NCBI RefSeq assembly: GCF_045131395.1
Contig: NZ_JBGUQY010000024.1
Coordinates: 86,069-150,068 of the forward strand
Direction of reading: 5' to 3'
From: Fibrobacter sp.
Lineage (GTDB): Bacteria; Fibrobacterota; Fibrobacteria; Fibrobacterales; Fibrobacteraceae
Length of the DNA: 64,000 nt
Position 1 is the first letter of the stretch, and every line of letters starts with the position of its first letter. The notes under the pieces are model-generated. The model was given only the letters and a program-made list of their open reading frames with translations, did not search any database and was not told where the DNA came from. Position numbers and translations under genes: made by a program. Positions 46,815 to 55,208 of this stretch are shown here, piece by piece.

Positions 46815-46844
46815 AAATCGGGCTTTTTCGTAAAAAATTGGACC

Positions 46845-46874
46845 GCCACCCTTGAAAATCGGGGTGGCTTTTTT
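46845..46874 (+). terminator. rho-independent terminator
   Basis: GCCACCC(loop)GGGTGGC followed by TTTTTT. Confidence 0.6.
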
Positions 46875-46894
46875 ATATTTGGGCTCACAATCAT

Positions 46895-46969
46895 GGTGGG
46901 TGTAGCTCAATTGGTTAGAGTCCCAGATTGTGATTCTGGATGTTGTCGGTTCGAGTCCGGTCACCCACC
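46895..46969 (+). tRNA. tRNA-His (GTG anticodon) with encoded G-1
   Basis: Cloverleaf folded by hand. Acceptor GTGGGTG/CACCCAC with an extra 5' G opposite C73. Anticodon stem CCAGA/TCTGG with loop TTGTGAT. TTCGAGT T-loop. Similar to E. coli tRNA-His from memory. Confidence 0.88.
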
Positions 46970-46973
46970 CTTA

Positions 46974-47003
46974 AAAAAGACCTCGCATTCGCGGGGTCTT
47001 TTT
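46974..47003. repeat. 30-bp repeat AAAAAGACCTCGCATTCGCGGGGTCTTTTT (bidirectional terminator hairpin), copy 1
   Basis: Identical 30-mer at 49757..49786. Stem GACCTCGC/GCGGGGTC. Confidence 0.9.
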
Positions 47004-47032
47004 TTGTTCTTATGGAGGAAACAAAAGCGTTT

Positions 47033-48592
47033 TTAATCGTCTTCTTTTTTCGCGGGAATGTAGGGCTTATCAAGCGAATTGAGCTTGACATAGACTTCTA
47101 CATAAGCCGTACGCTCTTCAACATCCGGGGCCACCCCAATGGTATATCGAATCGCATATCCCGCAACAGCACGAATCTTATCCGAATCAAACTCATACGC
47201 CTCCCCAACACAAATGGTATCAAGCCAGATTTCATAATGAACGTTCGGATATCGAGGATCGTCCCACTCATCGCCATCCCATATTCTAGTATCATGTATC
47301 AACACGCTTCGTCCTTTATAAAGATCATCGACACCATACTCTGCTTTAAAGGCGTCCTCATCCATCAAATATTCGTCAGCATTCGTTTCTTTATCATCTC
47401 GATAAACACCCTGACAACATTCTTTATACAAAGTTTCAGGAGTTTTCTCTTCAAGAACATAATGGTAAATCAGGTCGTGTAAATCCTGCCATTCCTTCGT
47501 ATGGCCGGGCGTTTTCGAGGATGATTCATCCTTTTCAGGATCATAGAACGCTTCGGCATAGGCTTCTACATATTTTTCAAATTCGGGAACCGATTCCGTG
47601 TATTCCCATCCGGCAATATTTTTGCGAATTGTTTCCAATTGGCCGTTTTCTTTGGCTGAATGAGCCCAATTGGCAATTTTGGTTTTCATTTCAGCATCCC
47701 ACTCGCCCGTTTTGGTATAAGATTTCCTTAACGAGTCTACACTATAAGTAAGATGCGCATTCTTTTCTGATTCCGTCTGCGCCGTCAGGAGCACACTCGC
47801 CGCCAAAAGCGCCGCATTGCCATCCCCTGGCTTAAGGATATCCAAGTCTGCAAAATCACCGATATCGTCTTTAATGTCAAACAGCGCAAGGATTTCTTTT
47901 TTCGCCAGAGCCTTTGCTTCCGCCACAGGCATTTTCTTTTCTTCCACAAGATACATTATGCGGTCGTATTCAAGCTGCGTAAACACGTTAATATTCACAG
48001 TGCTGCGATTTTCCAAATTAACAAAGGCGTGCAGCAATACTTCTTTCTTCGACTTTGCCCCAGTATGTTCATCTAGATAATAACCCTCCACTTTGATTTT
48101 AGCGCACGAAGAAGCCATGTTAAGATTTTCAACATTGTACACTCCGTTTTCCATATCAATACGAGCATTCCAAAACTTTTCGTCACCACTCGTTCTTCTT
48201 AATGTTTCGCAATCAACTTCTCCCACCCAAACCGAACCGTCAATAAACGGGCCCTTCTGAGCAACGCCACTCAACGCCTTATTCTCGACCGCATATTCCT
48301 TGGAATCTTCAGAACTCGAAGAAACAGCCTTTTCAGAGTCAGAGGATTCTGCCTTTTCGGAACTTGAAGATTCGATTTTCTCGTTCTTTTCGGAACTCGA
48401 AGACTTCCCTTTTTTATCTTTGCCCGCAATCGAAGACGAAGAAGTGCCCTCGTCGTCACCGGATTCCACGTCCTCGATATATTCTTCCGAGTCTTCCCCG
48501 GCAACACCGCTGCTTTCGCTGGAGCAGCCCGTTACCACCAGAGCCATACTGACGGCTGCCAACGCCGTGATTTTTCCAAGTTTATTTTTCAT
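47033..48592 (-). CDS. lipoprotein: Ser/Glu-rich linker + shared N-module (type I) + C-terminal domain X
   Basis: Lipobox VVTGCS. SGVAQKGPFIDGS...NINVFTQLEYDRIMYLV...GDGNAALLAASV. The C-terminal ~130 aa are related to the C-terminus of 48619..49560. Confidence 0.8.
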   Translation of the reverse strand: MKNKLGKITALAAVSMALVVTGCSSESSGVAGEDSEEYIEDVESGDDEGTSSSSIAGKDKKGKSSSSEKNEKIESSSSEKAESSDSEKAVSSSSEDSKEYAVENKALSGVAQKGPFIDGSVWVGEVDCETLRRTSGDEKFWNARIDMENGVYNVENLNMASSCAKIKVEGYYLDEHTGAKSKKEVLLHAFVNLENRSTVNINVFTQLEYDRIMYLVEEKKMPVAEAKALAKKEILALFDIKDDIGDFADLDILKPGDGNAALLAASVLLTAQTESEKNAHLTYSVDSLRKSYTKTGEWDAEMKTKIANWAHSAKENGQLETIRKNIAGWEYTESVPEFEKYVEAYAEAFYDPEKDESSSKTPGHTKEWQDLHDLIYHYVLEEKTPETLYKECCQGVYRDDKETNADEYLMDEDAFKAEYGVDDLYKGRSVLIHDTRIWDGDEWDDPRYPNVHYEIWLDTICVGEAYEFDSDKIRAVAGYAIRYTIGVAPDVEERTAYVEVYVKLNSLDKPYIPAKKEDD

Positions 48593-48618
48593 TTTCTACC
48601 TTCTTTTTGTGTTTAAGG

Positions 48619-49560
48619 TTAATCCTGTTTTGCCCTATACCTTACCGGGATCCATATTGAAAGATTTCCTTCAAGCCCCAAAGACTGGCAAAAATATCTA
48701 ACATCGTATATTGCGTACATTTCGACGTAAATCTCCGGCCAATTCGTCCCCACCAATATGGAATCCAATCCTGCTTTAAAGCGGCATTCCGGTTTATTGA
48801 GATTAGTCCAATTAAAACCTTCCCACAGAATTTCATCTTCATAAAGCCTATCCGTTAAATGCTGATCATAACCATCATATTGATATTCGGCAACGAAATC
48901 ATCCTTAGGCATTCTATACTCATCAAGTCTTAAAATTTTGTCGGAGCGATCCAGTCTGAAAGAACGAGTTTCATGCAAATATTGAATCGAATTATTCTCC
49001 ACTACGGACGTAACAGAATCTCTGATGATTTCCCATTCCTTTGCATTGTTTAGTTCAACCGATTCAGGCTCAGCAGATTCAATCGGTTCGATCTTTTCTT
49101 CAGAGTTTGAAGGTTCAGCCTGTTCAGTTTTTTCTTCTGAGGGATCTGTGGTTTCAGCCGGATCTGTCTTTTCTTCAGGTTCAGCTTTGTTCGGTTCAGT
49201 AGGTTCTTCAGGTGCGGCAACATCGCTAGATTCAGCCGGTTCTTCTGTTTCTGGAGTGGTTGTCGGCTTTTCTTCGGCTTCAGTATTTTCTTCGGCTTCG
49301 GCCGGTTCCTGTTCTTCAGATTCAGAGGTTTCAACTTCTTCTTCCGATGTTTCTTTACCCTTTGAAGATTCCTCGACCTCCGAAGATTCGATTTGTTCGT
49401 CGTTGCCGGATTCCACGACTTCGGAGTTTTCGTTCGCATCGATTGCATCCATGCTGTCGCCATCAACAGAGCAGCCTGTCACCACCAGAGCCGTGCACAA
49501 GTACATTGCCGATACAGACAACAGGCCTGCGCCAAGAACTTCGTACCATTTATTTTTCAT
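48619..49560 (-). CDS. lipoprotein: long acidic Glu/Pro/Thr-rich linker + C-terminal domain X (no N-module)
   Basis: Lipobox VVTGCS. ~140 aa of E/P/T/S-rich sequence. The C-terminus DEYRMPKDDFVAEYQYDG...ILWEGFNW...LDSILVG parallels DEYLMDEDAFKAEYGVDD...IWDGDEW...LDTICVG in the neighbouring gene. Confidence 0.75.
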   Translation of the reverse strand: MKNKWYEVLGAGLLSVSAMYLCTALVVTGCSVDGDSMDAIDANENSEVVESGNDEQIESSEVEESSKGKETSEEEVETSESEEQEPAEAEENTEAEEKPTTTPETEEPAESSDVAAPEEPTEPNKAEPEEKTDPAETTDPSEEKTEQAEPSNSEEKIEPIESAEPESVELNNAKEWEIIRDSVTSVVENNSIQYLHETRSFRLDRSDKILRLDEYRMPKDDFVAEYQYDGYDQHLTDRLYEDEILWEGFNWTNLNKPECRFKAGLDSILVGTNWPEIYVEMYAIYDVRYFCQSLGLEGNLSIWIPVRYRAKQD

Positions 49561-49605
49561 TTTTTCTTCCTTCTTTGTTGGAGTGTTTTGTATTCCTCAC
49601 ACCTA

Positions 49606-49613
49606 CAAATATA
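49606..49613 (-). promoter_or_regulatory. candidate -7 box TATATTTG (promoter D)
   Basis: Exact TATATTTG on the minus strand, 45 nt upstream of the ATG at 49560. Confidence 0.4.
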
Positions 49614-49701
49614 GGCTTTTTAACCAATCTAGAATACAAAATCATCATTTTTCTTTAAATTTTACCATTTTTAATGTTTTTATAAAATTTTAGGCAAGTT
49701 G

Positions 49702-49730
49702 GGATACAAAAGTTGTGTTCTTGGAATACA
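49702..49730. promoter_or_regulatory. distal word pair GGATACA / GGAATACA upstream of promoter D
   Basis: GGATACA at 49702-49708 and GGAATACA at 49723-49730. Further GAATACA at 49632-49638 and inverted TGTATTC at 49589-49595. Confidence 0.35.
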
Positions 49731-49756
49731 GAGTCTAAGCCACTCCATTCCATACG

Positions 49757-49786
49757 AAAAAGACCTCGCATTCGCGGGGTCTTTTT
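49757..49786. repeat. 30-bp repeat (terminator hairpin), copy 2
   Basis: Identical to 46974..47003. Lies 28 nt downstream of the stop of gene 49814..52099. Confidence 0.9.
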
Positions 49787-49813
49787 CGTAGGTCGGAGCG
49801 TTTTTTGACCTAA

Positions 49814-52099
49814 TTAATCTTTTATGCAACGGACAGGGTAGCCAGATTTTTTTTCATATCCATGCAAGCCTACTTCGCCCCCTTTAGACACAGACAAAGC
49901 TACCACAAGTTCATATTCTAGATGATCTCTGATAAAAAGTTCTTCCGAATTCCAATAGTCATCCGTCGAACTCCATATATACCCATACTCGCCATCATCG
50001 TCATAAATATACTCGCCAATATCCATATAAGCCACCGGAATTCTTTTGCGGCCAGAAGGGAGGAACGAAAAACCGTAAGGATTTTGTTCATACAAGGTAC
50101 TAGAAGCATTAAGCGCATCTCCGGCATCATTTACCCCACCAACCGCGAGCACCAATTCATAGAGTTCATCACGATTCGGTATATGCCAGCCAGCAGGGCA
50201 AACACCGCGTACAGGGAAAGTCGGAGTACAAACAACACCGTAGCCACAGCCTTTACCGTTTTCGCTCCATGTCGCAGCACTATCCATGGCCGCGCTCCAA
50301 AAATACAGGCGACCATACTTTGCGCAATATTTCAAGGAATCATTGTAGCAGAAACTGGTAGAATCCAAACTATCCGATGGTTGCAAAGAAGCATAATTCA
50401 AATTTTCCGCCATCCACCACTGTTTGCCAATTTTCACAGTCTTGTAAGTTTGACCGTCGCGGTCATCAGTCAAAGTTCCATACTCGCAATCATCCGAACC
50501 TCTTCTATTGCAAACCCGAGCAACCTCGATGCTGCTAGACGAATTCACCGAAGCAACAGAACTGCTGGAACTAGGCTCAACATCCATCATACAGCGAATA
50601 GATTTACTTATAGATTTATGATCAAGGAATGTAGCCGCATACTCGTTCGTATCCACATGTATGCCATACGCATAGCTAGTGCTTTCATCACTAGAAGTCC
50701 AGAAGAAACCTTCTCGTCCCTCAAATTGGAACACTCCACTCTCATTCTTGAAACCAGCAGGCAACGCAGTAAAGGAATAGTCATCCGTGCCGTTATGTCC
50801 TCCATCCCAACCAGTTGTTGATTTAAGCTTTCCGCCCGCTTCCCATCTTTCTCCAACCAGTTCGATTAGCGAGACAAACTCCTCTACGCTCGGCAAATGC
50901 CACCCTGTCGGGCAAGCATTCAACGCATCTTTCCAAGCATAAAGATGACCATATTTATCACAATAGCTCGCACTGTCATTATAGCAGTAACTGTTCGGCG
51001 TTTCGTAGTTCAAGTTTTCCGCCATCCACACTTGGCCACCGATTTTAGTCGTTCTATAAGTCCTTCCGTCGCGCAGGTCCTTGAGCGTATTTGCAGCCGC
51101 ATCGTACCTACTGCCCGCATCCGCCTTTACGGAACTGCTACTAGAAGACGAGTTCACCGAGTCAGCCGGAGAGACCGAGCTGCTGGATTGCTTCGTTTCA
51201 CTTCCAATGACGTCACTGGAGGAAGATCCTTCGACTTCGCTCAGGATGACACTGTCGCCATCCGCGGAAGTAACTACGGGAATGTACTTCTCGAATGCAG
51301 GGATGGAATCTCCATAGCCCAAGCCTTCGATATTCTTGCGGATAGAATCAAGTTTTCCGTTTGCCGAAGCTTCCGCAACCCATTCCGCAATCGCCTTTTT
51401 CGTTTCAGAGTCTTTCCACTCGCCGCTTTCGGCAAAGGAATCGTCAAAATTGTCGAGGCGCTTGGCAAGTGCGGTTTCATCGGCATCCCCCTGCATTATC
51501 ACGCTTACGGCCAGGAGCGCGGCGTTACCGTCGCCCGACTCAAAGATATTCAGGTTTTCAAATTCATCGACTTCGTCCTTGATATCGAAGGCGGCAAGAA
51601 CTTCCTTTTCGGCCTGGACTTTTGCCTTGGCCAAGGTTTTGCTCTTTTCTTTCACAAGATACATCATGCGTTCGTACGCCAGATTCGTAAGCAAGTTGAC
51701 GTTTACATTCTCGCGATCCTTGAGGTCGGTCAATGCGCGGAGCGTCAGTTCGCCCTTCGTCTTCTTGCCGGTAACTTCGTTCAGGTACCTACCCGTCACC
51801 TCGACCACTGCGCAAGAGGTATCCAATGCAACGCTGTCAAGAGCAAAGTCGCCCTTGTCACTCTTGATTGCACCCTCGAAAACCTGGTCCGTGAATTCCA
51901 GCGTCTTACAGTCAATGCCACGAACCGTCACGGCAGAGCCCTTCACGAACGGGCCCTTCTGGGCAACGCCCGCCACGTCGGCCACAAAGCCGGCATCTTC
52001 AGTGACACCGCCCGAAACGCGTTCTTCATCGTCGCTGGAGCATGCGGCAAACAGCACCGACATTCCCACAAACGCAGAAACAAACAAGTTACTCTTCAT
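49814..52099 (-). CDS. lipoprotein: shared N-module (type I) + two Fib_succ_major (TIGR02145/FISUMP) domains
   Basis: Lipobox LFAACS (ATG at 52099). GVAQKGPFVKGS...NVNLLTNLAYERMMYLV...GDGNAALLAVSV. Two copies of the D.RDG.TY+T.KIG.Q.WMAENLNY....YG.LY.W....CP.GWH.P pattern. Confidence 0.85.
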   Translation of the reverse strand: MKSNLFVSAFVGMSVLFAACSSDDEERVSGGVTEDAGFVADVAGVAQKGPFVKGSAVTVRGIDCKTLEFTDQVFEGAIKSDKGDFALDSVALDTSCAVVEVTGRYLNEVTGKKTKGELTLRALTDLKDRENVNVNLLTNLAYERMMYLVKEKSKTLAKAKVQAEKEVLAAFDIKDEVDEFENLNIFESGDGNAALLAVSVIMQGDADETALAKRLDNFDDSFAESGEWKDSETKKAIAEWVAEASANGKLDSIRKNIEGLGYGDSIPAFEKYIPVVTSADGDSVILSEVEGSSSSDVIGSETKQSSSSVSPADSVNSSSSSSSVKADAGSRYDAAANTLKDLRDGRTYRTTKIGGQVWMAENLNYETPNSYCYNDSASYCDKYGHLYAWKDALNACPTGWHLPSVEEFVSLIELVGERWEAGGKLKSTTGWDGGHNGTDDYSFTALPAGFKNESGVFQFEGREGFFWTSSDESTSYAYGIHVDTNEYAATFLDHKSISKSIRCMMDVEPSSSSSVASVNSSSSIEVARVCNRRGSDDCEYGTLTDDRDGQTYKTVKIGKQWWMAENLNYASLQPSDSLDSTSFCYNDSLKYCAKYGRLYFWSAAMDSAATWSENGKGCGYGVVCTPTFPVRGVCPAGWHIPNRDELYELVLAVGGVNDAGDALNASSTLYEQNPYGFSFLPSGRKRIPVAYMDIGEYIYDDDGEYGYIWSSTDDYWNSEELFIRDHLEYELVVALSVSKGGEVGLHGYEKKSGYPVRCIKD

Positions 52100-52952
52100 G
52101 ATCTCCATCCTTTTTTGTCGCAACCTTGCCGTCTTTCTTTAAACATACACTCATCGGGAACAATTGCAAGTTCAGGCGGTACACTTGCTCCGTGTCATCG
52201 TCTTCGGTCACGATGGCCATAATGCGGCGACGACAATCTGCAAGTTCCTTCCTAATGCGTTCGTAAGCGCGGCGGGTAATTCCCATGGTAAGGCCCGACA
52301 TGTCGCGTTCCGAAAGAGGCAAACTCAGCGCCTTGACGGCGAATTCAGCCATCTGGCGCTGCAAATCGCGGGCCGCCACGGGCACGGCGTCTACAGAGCC
52401 CATCGAAATGGCCTTGTCCGTCTGGTGGTAATTCCCGTCCTTGTCTTTTTTGAGGAGCTTGGCACGCAGCAAAAAGTCCAAGGTCTCGGAGACCTCGGCT
52501 GCGGTAATCGGCTGCTTGCAAGCCTTCGCCATTTCAAGCGGCTTTGCACCGGGCATGTGAGGAGCAAGCTCTCGCAGCACCGGGTTTTTCCACGATTTAA
52601 AATACTTGAACTCTTCGTCCCCCAGCACACGTACCTTGTGAGCCATGGCCAAAGCGCAGCGCTCTTCGAACGCGGCACGCTTCGCCTCGTCCCCCTTCGC
52701 ATGCGCATATGAAACCATCAGCACAAAGTACGTGTGTTCAAACCCCACCAACCCCATAGCACTCGCTACGGAACCTGCAGCCCCTACGCTCAGGTTTTTC
52801 TTCCCCTCACAGACATACTTCAGATAAACCGCCGACGAAAACCCTGCGTCTCGCGCAAAATCTCGCCAGGTAAACGCTGAAGTGCGCTTACGTTCATCGT
52901 AGTAGTCCTGGATGAACTTGCGGTAATCTGTGTATTCTACGATCTCCTTCAT
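52089..52952 (-). CDS. TIGR02147/DUF4423-family HTH protein (cassette A)
   Basis: MKEIVEYTDYRKFIQDYYDERKR..FTWRDFARDAGFSSAVYLKYVCEGKKNLS (XRE-like HTH). Its stop overlaps the next gene start by 11 nt. Confidence 0.85.
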   Translation of the reverse strand: MKEIVEYTDYRKFIQDYYDERKRTSAFTWRDFARDAGFSSAVYLKYVCEGKKNLSVGAAGSVASAMGLVGFEHTYFVLMVSYAHAKGDEAKRAAFEERCALAMAHKVRVLGDEEFKYFKSWKNPVLRELAPHMPGAKPLEMAKACKQPITAAEVSETLDFLLRAKLLKKDKDGNYHQTDKAISMGSVDAVPVAARDLQRQMAEFAVKALSLPLSERDMSGLTMGITRRAYERIRKELADCRRRIMAIVTEDDDTEQVYRLNLQLFPMSVCLKKDGKVATKKDGDHEE

Positions 52953-52957
52953 GGATA

Positions 52958-52965
52958 CAAATATA
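52958..52965 (-). promoter_or_regulatory. candidate -7 box TATATTTG, 5 nt from the ATG (near-leaderless geometry)
   Basis: The minus strand reads TATATTTG-TATCC-ATG. Confidence 0.4.
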
Positions 52966-53055
52966 GACTAATTGCATAATCTCGGGACACAAATCAGCCT
53001 TTTTCTTTCAAATTTTACCAATTCTGCATAATTTTAAAAATTTCAGCAATTTCAA

Positions 53056-53082
53056 GAATACAGCCTGTATTCCAGGAATACA
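53056..53082. promoter_or_regulatory. cassette-A-specific words GAATACA / TGTATTC / GAATACA
   Basis: Words at 53056-53062, 53066-53072 (inverted) and 53076-53082. They lie ~105-130 nt upstream of the regulator ATG. Confidence 0.35.
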
Positions 53083-53147
53083 AGAATTCACTATACCTTT
53101 GGTATATTACCAAAAGCATAGTGTGCTTTGGGAACACTTTAACGCAT

Positions 53148-55142
53148 TTATTTCTTTTTATACTGCGTGTGAATTATTATAGAATAACCGTATACAAACT
53201 TGGTCAAAGTATTACCAGCCATCGCTGAGGCGGCACGCATTCCGGCCCCCACATGAACATCAACTTCAAACTTCGCCATTTCGGTTTCTTTTTCGTACAA
53301 ATGGCGTATAATAATTTCGCTTTTCGTCACGATATGATCATGATTATATTTCGCAGGATCATACTCCTTCTCGGCAACCGTATCCGACTTCACATACGTA
53401 AAGCCATTTTCAAGCAGCAAATTTCTAAACACTTCAAGGCTATCCCCAGCCGCATCCTCTTTCGATTGATCCATGAGGATTGTACTAAAAGTTTGCATCT
53501 GAACCCAAGCTGTATCCGTCTCATAATGAGCAGTCCAAACTGTTGTAAGGGAGTCGTCATCCCAAGCATCCAGACTTTTCAACGAAAGGTATTCTGCCGC
53601 AAAGTCAAATTCTTTTGACAATTTATCAAAACGAAGCGAGCTATAATCGGTCGTCGGCATTTCTTCGAAGCCGTCTTTCAGCACCACGACCTTCACCTTA
53701 AAGGAAAAATCACTACCAAACATAATACCCAGAACTCGTTCCTTCGAAATAGAAATCTTGTAAAGAACGTTTTCCTTTTTTAACGAATAAACATACGACA
53801 GCGTATCATACCACGCGGCATCTAGGGAATCATTATTTATGACACCTTCAAAAGAAAATTCTTTATCCCCCATCGTCTTTACCAATGCGCTAGCAACGGA
53901 ATCCCTTCCGCTCTGATAGCTTTCCTGTTTTGCCTGAAGGAACCAAACTTCCTGCTTGCCTTCGCCAAAGCTCCTGTAGCCGATGAACGAATATGTCGAA
54001 TCGAATAAGTCTAGTTCCGCAGGAAGAGGCGGAATCGTATCTTCGGGTTCACTAGAAGAAGAGCTTACAAACGGATCATAGAGAGAACTCGACGAAACGT
54101 CAGCGGAACTACTAGACCCTTCGACTCCGCTCGGGGTGACACTAGAAGACGATTCAGGTTCATCACCCGGAATATGCCAGCGGCCCTTTTCGCACACGAA
54201 GTATTCGTTGTACAGTTTACTGAGCTTGTTTATGTTGCGCTTGGTTTCGTTTTCGCGTTTGTCGGTGCAGGCGCCGAGGCCGTAGTTATCCCACCAGAAG
54301 TTCGTCACATACTTTTCGAATGCGGGTACGGTGTCGGCATATTTCCAACTTTCCACGTTCTTGCGTATCTTCGAAAGGGAGCCCTTCAAGTCTATATCGC
54401 AGGCCCAATCCGCAATCAAGGCCTTGGTGTCGGCATCGTCCCAGCTACCACCCTCTGCAAGCGATATACTGAATTCGCCGATACGTTCGGTAAGTCCCGC
54501 CACGTCCACATCGCTTTGCAGGAGTACACTTACCGCGAGGAGCGCGGCGTTGCCATCACCCGTCTTGAAGATGTTCAAGTCTTCGGATTCACCAAAGTCG
54601 CCCGCGATTGCAAACGACGCTAGGACCTCTCCTTCGGCCTGCGCCTTCGCATCGGCAATGGACATTTTCTTCTTGTTGACCAAGTACATCACGCGCTCAT
54701 ATTCCAAATGCGTGAGCAAGTTGATATTCACCGTCTTTCTACTCGAAAGATCCGTCAGCGCGCGCAGCGTCACCATGCCCGAAGACTTCTTGCCAGAAAC
54801 TTCGTCGCGGTAATACCCCGTCGCCTCGAGAATCGCATACTGCGATTCCAGATTAATATCCTTGATGGCAAAGTCGCCCTTGTCGCTCTTGATGGAGCCC
54901 TTGAAACTCTTGCCTGTCTGCTTGAGCGTGATACCGTCCAGTTCCTGCACGGCCACTGCGGAACCCGTAACGAACGGACCCTTCTGCGACACTCCGGCCA
55001 CTTCCAAGTCTACGACAGCGGTAACGCCGGCATCGCCCGAAGCACCGCCACCGAGATCCATACTATCGGAGTCGCCTCCGGAACAAGCCCAGAACATGGC
55101 CCCGACTACAAGACTCCCTATAATGCGATTTCTCTTCATCAT
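53148..55142 (-). CDS. lipoprotein: shared N-module (type I) + unrelated ~330-aa C-terminal region
   Basis: Lipobox MFWACS (start at 55142; alternative ATGs at 55157 and 55175). GVSQKGPFVTGS...NINLLTHLEYERVMYLV...GDGNAALLAVSV. The C-terminal part has no FISUMP motif. Confidence 0.8.
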   Translation of the reverse strand: MMKRNRIIGSLVVGAMFWACSGGDSDSMDLGGGASGDAGVTAVVDLEVAGVSQKGPFVTGSAVAVQELDGITLKQTGKSFKGSIKSDKGDFAIKDINLESQYAILEATGYYRDEVSGKKSSGMVTLRALTDLSSRKTVNINLLTHLEYERVMYLVNKKKMSIADAKAQAEGEVLASFAIAGDFGESEDLNIFKTGDGNAALLAVSVLLQSDVDVAGLTERIGEFSISLAEGGSWDDADTKALIADWACDIDLKGSLSKIRKNVESWKYADTVPAFEKYVTNFWWDNYGLGACTDKRENETKRNINKLSKLYNEYFVCEKGRWHIPGDEPESSSSVTPSGVEGSSSSADVSSSSLYDPFVSSSSSEPEDTIPPLPAELDLFDSTYSFIGYRSFGEGKQEVWFLQAKQESYQSGRDSVASALVKTMGDKEFSFEGVINNDSLDAAWYDTLSYVYSLKKENVLYKISISKERVLGIMFGSDFSFKVKVVVLKDGFEEMPTTDYSSLRFDKLSKEFDFAAEYLSLKSLDAWDDDSLTTVWTAHYETDTAWVQMQTFSTILMDQSKEDAAGDSLEVFRNLLLENGFTYVKSDTVAEKEYDPAKYNHDHIVTKSEIIIRHLYEKETEMAKFEVDVHVGAGMRAASAMAGNTLTKFVYGYSIIIHTQYKKK

Positions 55143-55208
55143 CCATTCCTTATTCATAAATTTTCTCTCTCCCATATCTAAAATTTCTTTTCTTGACGCA
55201 TCATCACC

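Noticed and set aside
48300-52222. Plus-strand ORFs in the lipoprotein region (48300..48701, 49025..49693, 49922..50821, 50897..52222, 51336..52142)
   Set aside because: They are antisense to the lipoprotein genes. Their Ser-rich or Arg-rich translations mirror the acidic or Ser-rich linkers on the coding strand.
53097-53117. AT-rich hairpin CTTTGGTA(TAT)TACCAAAG as the terminator of gene 53148..55142
   Set aside because: The stem is a weak 7 bp, all A-T/G-C mixed, with no following T-run on the minus strand. It is left unannotated.
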